A DNA stretch of 64,000 nucleotides, taken from the NCBI GenBank assembly GCA_977862235.1, contig OZ374559.1, positions 1,736,001 through 1,800,000 on the forward strand, in the 5' to 3' direction. Both the position numbers and the translations under genes were made by a program. Positions within the stretch are counted from its first letter, which is position 1; the number at the start of each line of letters is the position of its first letter. This DNA comes from Dudresnaya verticillata. Taxonomy: Eukaryota. Of the stretch, positions 24,501 to 36,339 are shown piece by piece. A model generated the notes under the pieces. That model did no database searches. It saw only the letters and a program-made list of their open reading frames with translations, and was not told the origin of the DNA.

Positions 24501-24709
24501 CTCCGCGCCCTTTCTCTCGCTTACGCAAAGCTCCGGCTCGAGAGCATGTATATGATCGCATCGTTGATTATGCCCCGCTGGAACAGCTCTATCGGATATG
24601 TTGGTATCAGGAACCTGCCACTAAGGACACTTGGGAGCCAAGGGGAAACCTCCCCCATAATCTCGTAGCGCGCTACCACCGCGCCAAGGGGATACCCTAC
24701 GAATCATAA
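21347..24709 (+). CDS. pol: Pol: RT, RNase H, integrase and chromodomain; joined to protease across a G9 run at 21459-21467
   Basis: LRFCVDYRRLN, MPFGLCNAP, YLDD, TDAC, TDH, H..H..CVAC, SDNG, PQSNGQTER; C-terminal YRICW...DTWEP..NL chromodomain. Confidence 0.95.
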   Translation: MAARYPRPLARRCTLCPLGTPRLSRPTRPRISSHYPMWGGAGLAAAIQHSSTTPGVTEAVKAITIDDLDLTHLQVEDQKSVRKMLKPFAPMWSGQLGTIKVTEHRIELKEGSTPVFTQPYRADPKARQAEQEEVEKMLREGVIEPARSEYASPVVLVKKPDGSLRFCVDYRRLNAIIIKDSYPLPRMDECLDSLCDAQLFTTLDCNSGYWQIPVCPQDQHKTAFTCHAGCFQFKRMPFGLCNAPATFQRTVDILLSGFRWKTCLVYLDDIIIFSKNVDEHLTHVREILTILKDAGVSLKLRKCNFFTKSVDYLGHVIRPGLLEVATKNTQAIEGFTEPRTQTQLRSFLGLCNVYRRFVPNFARVAAPLNAFLQKDVEFDLPPFGKKETEAFELLKRALIAPPILQLPKLGSNLSVDTDACEYQVGCALMQMNDKGERHPIGFWSRRLTPAEKNYSVGEKECLAVVWAMQILRPYLERTHFDLYTDHQALKWIMSMTDASGRLARWRLRLLEYDFTVQYKKGKKNQIADAVSRLPTFGYTSREPDLDIPCYIIEDDTSAKNTPPSWVNSPIEAWEIEPFDEPASADELLVATAEKDVDEISLSLLTIEELLREQKRDPFCLRIRAGIEGDRPGCYFEDELGLLVRKAPIDGARQVLIPKTLHERVLHLAHYPVMAGHPGGTRMYQNLRRQVYWSDMALAVYATVRNCVACSRERVQLRKHTSFMKLFPATMPLEFVGIDILGPLPRSGKGNEYLLVITDRFSKLTRAVPLKTITAYTVAKAFCDHWVYVYGPPRYLLSDNGSQFASKFFMEVCSILRIRNLFTSTYHPQSNGQTERFNRTLLAGFRHFIAEDQTDWDEFTPALTYAYNTTVHKATGFAPVDLVLSNPPTSLLMERAETVDVENVPATNVKKRLTRRLEKLVETALPRLRLAQKRYEVNFNNRMRPANEKIRPGQLVFVQRETKLKDADGVAREGKLLPKALGPYKVVERSTHVVVIDVKGERETISLDRVTLAPTPHESFDAQGETPTIVAPPAPGSTLASRGVEPPLPPIEPPRPFSRLRKAPAREHVYDRIVDYAPLEQLYRICWYQEPATKDTWEPRGNLPHNLVARYHRAKGIPYES

Positions 24710-24803
24710 GGTGGGTTACTACCCCTCGGGCTACTGCCCTATTGACGTAGAGGCTAGCGAGCCAAGCTAAGGAAACACGGCGCGAAGCCTTGAGATGCAC
24801 TCA

Positions 24804-24960
24804 GACGAGCGGATGTGGATAGATGAATGCTGACAGAAGCCTGGATAGATGCGCTCTGTGGAGCTAGAATTGGATAGATGCTGGACGAGCGGATGTGGAT
24901 AGATGAATGCTGGCAGAAGCCTGGATAGATGCGCTCTGCGGAGCTGGAATGAATAGATGA
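24804..24960 (+). repeat. 80-bp tandem duplication with GGATAGATG sub-repeats
   Basis: Units start at 24804 and 24884 (gacgagcggatgtggatagatgaatgctg...). Confidence 0.85.
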
Positions 24961-25592
24961 GATGCCGACTGGCACCACAACACTTTACATACGTGTACAG
25001 ACGGACCTACGCTATACAGCGACTAACTTAACCAAGAGCCGGCAGCTCCCACTGTCGCTCAGTCAGCAGTGGCTGTGACGCTTCCCCGACTCGGGCTCAT
25101 GTGCCATGCACGGCGAACGCCTCTTGGTGGCGCTTACGCCAAAAGACACAGCCAATCATGGCGGTTTACATTAACGCTCGCCACCACAAAGTGCACGTCG
25201 CGAAGCCCCGCACCAATGACAGCGCGGAGCGCCGCTTAACATTAATTTTGTGCACTCTACAGTACGCACTGTACTCTAATTTATGGGAAAATTCACTCGG
25301 TCAAGGACACGCGATGGTCTCCACGCTAAGTCAGAGCGAAGATGGTATGCCGCCGCGCGGAAGGAGAAGGATACTCGTTCAATGCGAAGTTTACTCAAGC
25401 GTTACAACGCGGAAAGGTCCACTAGCTGATCGGGCGCTCCCCCACTCACACCTATCTATTATCCCTAGGGAGCGTCCGAGGCGAGCACTACAAAGTGGAT
25501 ATGACGTCAGTCCGAGTCAGAGTCCATCAGGTCGATGACCTCATTTGGGCGCAACGGCGGATTCGCAACAGGGCCTTGCCCTGGCATCATGG

Positions 25593-27835
25593 TCACGCGA
25601 CGGGCCTCGCGCACGATGCGACGACCGCGTCCGCGCCGAGCGCCGACTCCCCGCGCTGGAACTTCACCACCCGCCTCGCTAGGCCCAACACCTCCCTGCC
25701 AGACGGCGCGTCACCCTCCTGGACACCCATGTCCTCTTCCTCGAGCTCCTCTTTGAGCAGCAGCTCCGTCTTGACGATAACCTCTTGCGGCTCAGCCGCC
25801 GCCGGAGGAGCTTCAACGGCGTCAGCAGGAAGGGTCACCTCGAGCTGTAGGGCATGCCCGGCGGGCACTTCTGGCACGGGTAGGTTGACCGTCACTTCCA
25901 TGGTTGAGGAAGGCGGAGAGCTCTCCTCAACGGCCCCCACTGCCAGCTGCGAAGCTGCAGTCGTGGGAGCATTGGTCGGCGGACCCGAGGTAACAACGGA
26001 AGAACCCTCGCGCGGAACGGCGGATGTATCAGCAAGCGTGCCTTCGCGCGGATCCGCGCCTTGTCCTCCACCGACTGGTGCCACGGGAGCACCCAAACTT
26101 GGCAGCGTAACAGCGCGACGGTCTTGATGACCCAAGCCTAAACGGGAACGGCGCTGAAGGCGCGGGTCTCTTGAGATTGAAGCGGAAGCTGATGCGCTCG
26201 GCGCGCTCGCCGCTGCTGAAGGACCAGCCACTGCTGAACCCGACATACCCGGCGCGCTCGCCGCAGCCGAGGGGCCTGGAGCCAAGACACTCGTCGGAGC
26301 TTCCTGAGCTTGCCCCGACTCCACCATGGCATGCTGCCCGATAGGCGGAAGCGCGGCTAACGACGCCTTCAACGCCTCGATGGGCCCCGGTGAGCTCACC
26401 CAGTTTGACTCATAGTCACAAAGTTGTCTTCGACCTAATCGGCAAGACTGTAGAGAGTCAAGTGAGTCACCTCCCAATGGACAGCCAAGCGGATGGCGAG
26501 ACCTCGACGGTTGAACAAGTCCCGGATTGCGGCATCTGCCCTTGCGACGTTTCGCACTCTGGGTGCGTACGGACCCTGGGGCTGCCCCGACACAGTAGTG
26601 TCCATTGGCGGCACGTCAGCAGGAGTCGCGAGAGCCTCGCCGGAAGCACTCTGCCAGTCTTTGGTGTAACCAGTCATGCGATCACCATTATCCACGAGAA
26701 GTGTCTCACCTTCGGCGGGTTGCGGCTGCAACAGATACTCCGGTAGGAGAGGGTTCCACTGCACCGGGTCGAAGTCGACCCAGTCCCCGCGGTCGTACAC
26801 CGGCGTCACGAACCCAGTGTTCTCCGGAAGGTAGCGGTTTCTCTTGCTAACGCGGCTCCACCGAATGCGTTCGACAAACACGAGGAGCGGCTCCAAATCC
26901 GTGGCGTCGACAGCAGTCGTGGTGAGCAAGCCAATTCCAAGTCCCCGGATCTCGGTGCGCAGACGTGCGTTGATGTAATACAAGTACCCCCGATGGGCTT
27001 CATACATGACGGTCTGCGCCACCATCACCACCCATTCGTTACGGAAGATCATCCACAAGAGGCCCTGATGATAGCTTTCGTGCATCATATCAAGGCCTCT
27101 ATACGCCACGACTGGGGGTGTGCCAACGGGCATGGAGTAGGAAACCTCGTACTCACGATGATCTGTGGGAATTGGGACGTACTTCCCCGTGTAGAACTCT
27201 GGCTTGATAGCCACCACTTACTGGCAGTGCGCCGGCACGAAACAACCGGTCCGATGACGATGACGACGCTCAAAGCGAAGGAGTTCGCGAGACATAGCTG
27301 TCTGCGGGTTATCCAAGGCATACTTGAAGTTAGACGTCTCGTCCCACCGCGTAACGCGCGCCATAGTGAATGGATAGTTATCCCGACCGGGGCGGATGAG
27401 TGGTCGTTCAAAAGCGACCAACTCCAGGCTGTAGCCTCCCTTTGAGTGGAACTCAATTAACTCTGGCATGAACCCCAGGAAGGTTTGAGAGTGGTGCTCC
27501 ACGTAGCGCTGCTCGAAAAGGAAGCGAACCATCGCGAGGTCCCACTCGTGGTTGGTTGGGAGCGGCGGAAGCGCGATATTGGTCCCGCGAAGGATCCCAA
27601 TCCGCTCCCGAATGAGGAATTCCCACGAGCGGGCCTGGGCACGATGACGGCCGTAACGGCGGATGTCTTCACGACGCGCACCGGCTGTTGCCCGAATATG
27701 AGTTAAGTCCGTCCGGAGCAGCCAGTCGCGGCTCTTCGTGATGGACAAAGGCACGCCTGCCGCATCAACCCCAAAGCCGAGCACGGCGGAACTAGAACCC
27801 GCCTGCCCATAAGGAAGGTTGGGCGGCGTCGCCAA
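25593..27835 (-). pseudogene. Antisense cargo ORF inside the gypsy element, interrupted; product unknown
   Basis: ORFs 27218-27835 and 26435-27217 are in frame across one TAA; 25593-26477 continues in another frame; about 750 codons in total. Confidence 0.7.
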
Positions 27836-27879
27836 GCTGGCCGAAGGTTGTCACGAAGCGGAGCGCCGCGGTGTTGGTC

Positions 27880-28005
27880 TTCTCCCTGAAGTGCGGCCTT
27901 CTGCCTGAGTTATCTTCTGCCTGAAGTAGCTTCTGCCTGAGATCTTCTACTTGAGCCTTGAGGTCTTCTACCTGAAACTGGAAACTTGAAAGTCTTCTAC
28001 CTGAG
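27880..28005. repeat. Cluster of about 6-7 CTTCT(A/G)CCTGA motifs
   Basis: cttctgcctgag, cttctgcctgaa, cttctgcctgag, cttctacttgag, cttctacctgaa, cttctacctgag. Confidence 0.8.
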
Positions 28006-28321
28006 GGTGAGCCCGACGCCGAGAGCGGTCCAAAAGGGAGACGACGCGCTGTAGCGGGAAGAGCAGTTGGACGCCGACGTGGTGCAGCAGCACGAAACCC
28101 ACGTAGCGTGGGAGCCGCACGGAGTTGCCTGGCGGGCGCGCCGCGGCCGGTGATGCCAAAGCAGAGCGCGCGCGCTAAGGAAGCAGTGACAAGGTGATGA
28201 TGAAGAGAGAGAGAGAAGGAAGCTGAGGGCGCGGGGCAGTTGGCAGGGTTGAGGCAAGTGGAGTTGCTGCGGGCTGTCGATGCCGAGACGTGAGAAGTCG
28301 TAATCGGGTCGCAACCCCTCG

Positions 28322-28329
28322 TTTATATA
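28322..28329 (-). promoter_or_regulatory. Putative TATA box of the antisense cargo gene
   Basis: Minus-strand TATATAAA isolated in GC-rich DNA about 490 nt upstream of the antisense ORF. Confidence 0.55.
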
Positions 28330-28601
28330 GCCGCGGAGCCGCGCCAAAATTGGCTCATACAAACTCGTGAGCCGTAACGCTCACGAGTCGCCGACGGCCG
28401 AGACGCCACGCCGGGCACACCCGAACACTGAGGTGATAGCCCGCGATGACACGCAGGTCACCGGGCCTGTACGGGCGCTGGCCCGACTTAATCCCCCACC
28501 GGGCGTGATACTCAGACAGCCGTTGGGCGCTCAACCGCTCATGAAGGAGATTTACGATTCGGAAACAGCCAATCATAGCCTCGCGGGCCGCTTCGGTCTT
28601 C

Positions 28602-28610
28602 AGAGGGGGG
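28602..28610 (+). promoter_or_regulatory. Polypurine tract
   Basis: AGAGGGGGG 3 nt before the 3' LTR. Confidence 0.8.
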
Positions 28611-28613
28611 CTG

Positions 28614-29433
28614 TGTAGCAGAATGGACGCTGTCAGCAGGAGGGCTTACAGAAGCGCACTTCTTTTCGCGGGACAGACTGTCCCTTAATCAGGACAGCTG
28701 TCCTTTCATCGCTGTACACGTGGATGACACGTGGTATACACGTGTGTACACGTGGACTTATAGGTGTACACGTGGACTTACAGCTGTACACGTGGCATAC
28801 ACGTGGCCTGGTAATGACGCCAGTTGGACGCCTCGTATTGGCTGATTTATGACGCGCCGCTGCGCTCCTACTCACGGACGAGGAGCACCTCTACACTCAG
28901 GGTATCGACAATGCAGCCGCGACCTCGGCGTGAGCACTGGCGCATCCGCCGCCAAGTCCCCTAACTGGAATGCATTCCCACTTTTGACTTGTAATGACAT
29001 TACTAACCCTTGTATCTATAATCGTAGACTATCTTAGACCCCCTTTCGGGCTGATAGACTTTTCGGCTGTCAAGCCCTACTTATGGGCGCCGGAATAGCC
29101 GCGCCCTCAGAATAAACACTCAGCGGAGTTGTTCGGGAAGTTTCCACCTTTTGGTCGCTCGGACGCTCGGCGCCTGCAGGGGTCGCCCAGTACAGGCCCG
29201 GACATCGTACGACAAGTACTCTACGAAACACCGGGTCGCAACCTCTATACTTTCCTTCAGTCGGTCGCGCCGAGTCTTTACCGTGCTTCCGCACCCCCCC
29301 TTTCGGGTCATCAGGCCCCGCCTTTTCCAAGCCTCTACCAATCCTCCCTCGAGCTACCACCAATTAGCGTGTGACGACGGACAGCTGTCTTTTCTTGTTC
29401 TTTGCTGTTTCTGGCCGCTGCCATACTGCTACA
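28614..29433 (+). repeat. 3' LTR
   Basis: Matches the 5' LTR; the only difference I noticed is T/A at LTR position 9. Confidence 0.97.
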
Positions 29434-32400
29434 GCCGGCATCACCCATCAGCAAGTTGTCTTCTGGGCACAGGGGGAGGCCTCTTAGTATGCAACTGGGA
29501 ATTGTGCTACAGGACGCTCAGAAGCGTGAGTGCTTTCTGAGTGTTATGTGAAACTGTGTTCCGAGAGGAGTCACAGTCTTTGATGACGCCTTGTACAGGA
29601 AAATGAAACTATCTCGACTGAACCGCCTGTTTCATCAGCCTATACGGAGATTGCACATGGTGGGCTACATTCACATATATTGTCATTCATATGCTTCATA
29701 ACTTGAGACGCTGGAGTCAGATCCTATGAAGGGCGGACCGTTGGGTACTCTTTGACGCATAAGCCCATTGTAAGCCTCTTTTACATTCTGCGTTTGTTTG
29801 AATAAAATGCTTCTCTGATAATATCTGTGTGGTCGGAATATTTCAACGTCTGGGATACGTCAGGTCTACAGCTTGTTTGAGTTAAGGCTGAGTGATTGAT
29901 TATTACAATCGATATCCAGGGTTTAATCCTTTGTTTTCATGCCTCAATACTGACGCTTGCAGACAATAAACAAACATTGTTTGTTACTAGATTTGTATAA
30001 TAGAGCAGAAGCATTGTTATGTACGCGACTGCCTCCAACGTTTTCTAGAGCATAAAACACCTTTCTGCCTCTTCTATGTACAAAAAATGAATCGAGTTGG
30101 ATTGAAGATTACTGTATGTCAACTATAGAATTGCATAACGCAGTATGGAACACTAAGTACAACACAGAACGATACCTGTACGTAATACGTTGAAAAAGAT
30201 AGCTCAGATGCACAATTCCCTATACTACAACCCAGTTGCTGCATCAATGCTACAACAATTGTCCGATGTTATGAGTGTGAACCCTCTCGCAATACTGTTG
30301 AAGTCTGCCTGCAGATACGTTCTGGACCCAAAATTTGAATAATGGTGCTTTTCCAATTGTAGACACTAGCGCATGTCTAATTGCCGGGGTTGGTGTAGTT
30401 CTAGTTGTAGGGGCAGTAGGTTGCCGAGAATACCAGTAAGTTAGAAGATAGCATAAAGAGCAAGCTCAGAATACTTACTGGGAATAGCCTAGGTAAGCAA
30501 CGCAACAAGTTGAACACATAGCTCCCGTACACCTTTCAACAAATTATGCACAGTATGGGACGCTAATAACACCGTCGATATTGAAAGAGGGTCTCCTGTT
30601 CAAGGCTGCAACCTCGCAACCTGTTTCGGAAAACAGTAAGCAGTCTGCTTAAGCCTCAATAGTTTCGGGACATCATGGTAAGCAGTCTCTACTGTATGAA
30701 AGGAAGGTCCAACGATCTGTGTCATTACAAGCATCAACTATCGCCATTCATAGACTGAAAGGCGATTTGAATCGAATAGGAGGTGTCCAAAAATGAGAAC
30801 ATTGCACGGGCCATCGACCTCGAGCCACGCACAAGGTCATCCGTCAATACGATCAGACGAGGGTGTGCTTGCTCGTAGACGTCGGATGCCAACGTAGTCG
30901 TACTTCAAGATCTCGAATAAGTTCCATCGTCAGGTCAACATTGCTTTGCCAAATACCAGCTCATGTTTCGTGGGTCGGCAGGGCTTTACTGTGTTGGACC
31001 CTTCGGATCCCCTTCGGACGGTTTGCAGATTTCAAAACTCGAAGACCAGTGTAGGATAATCCCGCTTTCAGGAGCATACGCCAGAACTCATAACATTGCG
31101 TGCGGGCCCCATTATGTCCATGTGGAAGGTTAATGTTCATCCAACGACTTTTCTATCCGCAAAAGAAGTGGCAGAGATCTGGTTGTCTTCTGGAAGAAAT
31201 GAAGATCGAAGAAGAATCGAACCCCGGCTCCAGTTGGGATACAACAAGTAAAGTACTTTTTATCACGGCAGCAGTCATTAATAGAAGGTCACAAAGGAGT
31301 GCGGTATGCAACCATCCATTTATACTTCACTACCGACTCAGCAATGAAGTATAAATGGACAGCAGGGCTGAGCTGCCGGTACCGCTAGCATAGCCCTAAT
31401 TATTTGAACATATGTATAGAGTATTGATTACGTTTCCGGTTACATACAGAGGGAAGAATTCTTTCAATCCATGCATTTTTCGTCAAAGGTAGCAGCGGTA
31501 TATAGCCTGTGGTTGCAACAGTAAAGGATTGTGCGCTGGTCTGTATATAATATACCTAGTACTCGATAAATAAAGTTGCATCTGAGTCATCGTGATGGTA
31601 AAGTTGCAGTTGCATCCAGCAGACTATGACACTCTTCTTGCAGAGATCAGCACTCCAGAATAGTTTCCGAATACATTTGGGGTTTTCGATTATATATATA
31701 TGATCATAGGATAAAGGTGTATTACATCGGTCCGGCGTTTTATAGATTTTTGGTATTGTGATTTAACAGTTTCTTGGGATTGATGACTTTACAGAGCCGC
31801 CATGTGAGAACCATATGTATTGATTGCTATTGCTACATCGAGCTTCTCTCAGGATATAGTACGACTATTTTCAAGGAGAGAAAGGCAGATTCAGGTGTTC
31901 CATTCTTAGTAAATCACAAAGAAGAATGTTTCCTTCGAACAGTAAAATAGGAATTTAGTAGGAATGGAAAGATCTTTACGAACATTCTAAACGAGTAGGT
32001 TACTCTGCGGCTTAGAACTATAAAATCTGTATAACTTTTAGTTGCTCAAACAAACAACAGCACCCCCTATGCTAGGTGGAATGGCAGATAAAACTAGTTG
32101 CAGCTTTTCGGCGGTTGATATGAGGAATAAAGCGCAGCACTCACAGCAGTACAATAATATAATCCCACGGAGAACTCGGATGCATATGTGTGTGGACAAC
32201 TCGGATGCATATGTGTATGAGCCTCTATGGGGACCATTTTCGCTTTCGCCAGAGGCAGAGCAGCGATAATTTTCATCGAGTGTCAAAGGTTCTTTACATG
32301 GTTGAAAAGGTACACAGTAGATAGTGACCTTGCGGAACGTCCCAGAACAGCAACATTAATGCAATACCAGGATAGCAGTAATCAGTTGAAGTGTCAACGC

Positions 32401-32677
32401 TCTGGGTTCAATGCTAACAGAGCACTCTAGCGGCAGCAGTCAGTGTCACACCCGCACTCTCGCTGCAACGCTAACAAAATATTACCGTCCAGAGAGGAGA
32501 GACGAAACAGGAGAGTTCTTTCAAAAGATGGACCGGAGAGTTCTTCCAAAGATGAACCGGAAAGATCTTCCAATTTACGGGTACATAAGCCTTCGGCCAC
32601 TCTGATCCCAGACAGTCGAGGCAAGTTCTTCCTTTTCTCAACCCATCGTTGAGAGAAAGGTATACGCTCATTTCCGG

Positions 32678-33303
32678 GTGGGAACGGTTTCTACACTAAA
32701 GACAGATAACGCTGTTACATCGAACAATGCCTTCCCCTCCAGTATTATCAAGGCTGCCGAGGCCGAAGATTACGGGAAGGTTATTAATCATATGCTGGCT
32801 GGCCGTCTGGCTGGTCGTGCACAACTGTGGCCACGTGCAGAGCTTATCCAACCCCACGAGCCCAGTTATTTCAAGCCCGACACAAACCTGTACCGTGATA
32901 CACTCAAGAAAGATCGACGCAATGGGAAAGAATTGGAGTATATCCATAGTACCGGCGCATGGTTGGAGCAAGGACTGGCGGCATTACACTTATCAAGAGT
33001 GCGGAAAGTCTGGAAGAGCAGGGCCGCCTTCTCTTCCTTCTTGAGGAATCATTACTGGCAAGTAAGGAAATCCTTGCAATGCGGACTTCGCATTTCCATG
33101 CAATCATTACGAAAGGTCCCGCTATGGCTCGACAACTCGCTGACCTTGTTGAGACTAAAATCGAAGCCGGCCATGAGCAGATTGAATCCGCAACCTATTC
33201 GGCAGTATACAAGGAACTCTCAGCTAAATACGTATTGGAATCCGCCAAGCAACTGGATAAACTCGATTTATCCACAGGCAAAGAGGCGGGTGATAAAAAA
33301 TAG
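32678..33303 (+). pseudogene. YR element 1 ORF1 (gag-position protein), frameshifted
   Basis: First half of 32678-33358 plus second half of 32959-33303 align to ORF 37847-38497 (LWPRA, YFKPDT, KDRRNGKELEYIHS, ARQLADLVE). Confidence 0.8.
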
Positions 33304-33305
33304 CC

Positions 33306-35351
33306 ATGCAGGAACCACAACGCCCGCATACGTGGAGTACTTCACGTTGGGCAGATAACCAGCGTTGTGCAGAGTCTTGGAGGTCCATCGGGGCGTCAAT
33401 TTTTATTGTACGGTGTCTCGCATATGGTATCTGGGATCCCCCGGAGCGCCCATTCGTGAAGGGTCAAGTACTGGGTACAGTACCTCAAAACGAAGAAGAT
33501 CTTATATTTGGCAGCAAAGAACTTCAAGAAGGTTGTTCACGGGGCACATATCAAGAGATAATTCATTCCTACGCTATGGCGCAAGTACAGAAAGGCTGTT
33601 ACGTATCATCAGCATTCGTGGACTAGTCAAAGGGCAAAGGAAGATTTATCATAAATCTCAAAAGACAATCTACTCATTGGGACAAGCGGTCGGTAGTAAT
33701 GGATACCCTCAGTTCATTTGGGGCTTGTTTGACCAAAGGAGACCGAATGTTGTCCTTCGATTGGAAAGAGGGCTACAGACATATGCGACTGCACCCCCGT
33801 ATGTGGAATTGGTTCCTGTTCCGGTACAATGGCAAATTCTACCGCTGTATAGCGCTTCCCTTTGGTTGGACAAGGTCACCATACTGGTTTTGTCACATTT
33901 TGCGTCCCCTCACTCGATACATGAGTTCTGCACTTCATTGTCGAGTGCTGCAATGGATAGACGATTACTTGCTAGTACCAGGAACCGGAAAGGTCCCAAG
34001 CACAGCTCAAGATTGTGTGCAGCTATGCGCCGTATTGGATGTGTTATTCCCCAAGTTGGGACTTCTGCGGCATCCCCAAAAAGGCGTCTGGGATCACGGT
34101 ACTACACGACTGGAACACCTTGGACTTGTCATAGACACTGTAGAGTTTCGGTACTTCATTACAGACGAGAAGCTTTCCAAACTGCAAGGGATGGCCCGGG
34201 ATCTGCTGAGGAATGCGGCACGTTCCAGACGCTGGGTGAAGGAAAGTCTACTACGAAACTTCACCGGTTCGGCTATTTCTCAATTGGTTCCGCTTCTCCT
34301 AGCCCGTTTCTTCACTCGTGCGCTATACGACGATTTAAAAACCGACCAGGTCCGTCGTGGTCGTTATCCGGAACAGAGTATTCGTCTTTCCAACGCCGGA
34401 AGACGAGATCTGCAAGCTTGGAGCACTATGCTAGCGGGGGATGGGCGACTAATTTGTGGCGGGATGAAATCCTGGAATCTACACACCGATGCAGCAGATG
34501 TAGGCTACGGAGGCACTTTGGGTTCAAACATGGCTCCCGGGTCCGCAGGAGAGGTGGAGGTACAAGCTGTTTGGTCCCCTTTTCTACGCCTACAGTCCAT
34601 CACAGTACGAGAGTTGACAGCCGTAAGGAAGACTCTGGAAGCCGATCTTATTCAAGCCAAACTATGCGGCAAGAAGGATACAGTCCTACTCCACGTGGAA
34701 AAAATGGCCGTGTTTCACATAGTCAACAACATGGTGTCGTCCAATCCAGTGCTCATGTGTGAGCTTCGCCGTCTCCACTGCCTGCTCCAAGAAATGAAGA
34801 TCACCCTGAAGGCCTCATGGCTTCCATCAGCTCTGAACCGACATGCAGACCGACTCAGTCGGACCTGGCAGACGGGCTACCTAGCCGCAACACCTTCACT
34901 GATCGACTCATTAGCCAAATCACTCCAGTTGCAGACAGTTCGACGATACTGGCCTCTCAACGATTCACCCGCCGCCCGGGCGAAAACCATGAAAGCCCAG
35001 TTCCAGGAACATTGGGGAGACGGTATGAGCCGTCTTTAGAACCCTCCTCCAGAATGGATAGCTCTCACATTGCTCAAGATCGATTCCGAGCACGCACACG
35101 GCGTCATTCTAGTCCCTCACTGGACCGGAGAGAGTTGGTACAAGCTATTGCAGCGAATCTCGTTGTCGTCCCGCGTCATAGAACCAGGGACCGCGTTGCT
35201 CTTCAGCTCCGCGTCCGCCAACCCCTCTTGGGCCCTCCAACTAGCCGAAGTGGGCTATCGGCCCAAAACGCGGTCAGCCTTGCCATCGCTTCTCGCCTCC
35301 CCGACACTTCTGCCGCCAGAGCAAGTCTTCGACTCGCCTCAAACTCCCTGA
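33306..35351 (+). pseudogene. YR element 1 RT-RNase H-MT-like ORF with two nonsense codons
   Basis: SFDWKEGYRH, LPFGW, WIDD, HTDAA, ELTAV, ADRLSR; TAG at 33624 and 35037 where element 2 has TGG. Confidence 0.9.
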
Positions 35352-36339
35352 GTACCGCAACTGATAGCTCTAAGTCCAGCCAATGGCGCAAGTTCCAAAC
35401 ATTTTGCACTTCAGAAGGTCATACAGCTCTACCGGCCGATGTGGGTACAGTCTTAGCCTATCTTGGGTTCCTTTTCGAAGAAGACAGGGTCCATTCTAGC
35501 TCCTTGAACCACTACATGTCCGCCATTCGTACAATGCATACTCGAGCCGGATATACAGACCCCTGCACAGGACAAAGCCAGCGCGACCTACTTAGAGCCT
35601 TTAGAAGGCAGGACGATGCTCGTGGTACCCTTCAAGACGTCCGTGCGGGTATTCCAGCATCTGTTATTTGGCGAATCCGCAACTACGGTTTGGCACAACC
35701 AATCGCCAGTTCAAGTGCGCGTGACGCCTCCCTTATTGAGTTCCAATACCTTCTTTCATGGCGTGAATCGTCAGGACGGACGATTCAAGCACAAGATATA
35801 ACGGTTCAAACTGTCGGTTCCTCACTGGCATCAACTCGTGTTCAACTTTCCGCACGCCCTCGCACGCTCAAGGGACGTCCTACCCGCGGACAACCATCAT
35901 CTTCTATATTTTGTAATGGTACCGCTGCTGCCAACCCACTAGCATTGCAATTGCGGTACTACACCCATCGGAATACGGCTGCACCTCATGAATTATACTG
36001 GTCACATCAGGGAGATGTTCCGGACTCACAGCATGTCACAAATGCCCTACAGCGTATCTTAGTGGTACCACTAAAATACGCTGTAGGGCATTTAAGTACG
36101 TACTTCAAGTTGTACCCCCACCGTTTTGTTTCTACGATTCACATAGTCTTCGCAGCGGTAGTGTCACTGCACTAATTCTAACCGGAGTACCGCTTCCGGT
36201 TATAGTTCAAAGAGGTCACTGGGCAAACGACCGGATGGTTATCAACGTTTACTTTGACGGCCGCATCCGTCAAAGCCCGGAAATGAGTCTTTATTTCTGG
36301 TCGCGACGACCTTCGTCGCAGCTCCCACCCCCGCAGTAA
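35250..36339 (+). pseudogene. YR element 1 tyrosine recombinase, frameshifted near 36060-36095
   Basis: SQWRKFQTFC, RDASLI, SWRESS, then in another frame HSLRSG...RGHW...VY, ending TAA 36337-36339. Confidence 0.88.

Larger units (their letters stand above)
16544..29433 (+). mobile_element. Full-length Ty3/gypsy chromodomain LTR retrotransposon (12,890 bp)
   Basis: Two 820-bp LTRs; 5-bp TSD GCCGG (16539-16543, 29434-29438); single GCCGG at empty site 553-557; PBS, PPT and gag-PR-RT-RH-IN-chromo order. Confidence 0.97.

Noticed and set aside
25593..27835. env gene
   Set aside because: It is antisense to pol and has no signal peptide or TM anchor that I can see.
27880..28005. Short repeats with variable spacers as a CRISPR-like array (also 16645-16736, 24804-24960)
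   Set aside because: Repeats are 9-11 nt or simple tandem duplications with irregular short spacers, lie inside an LTR element, and no cas-like genes are present.
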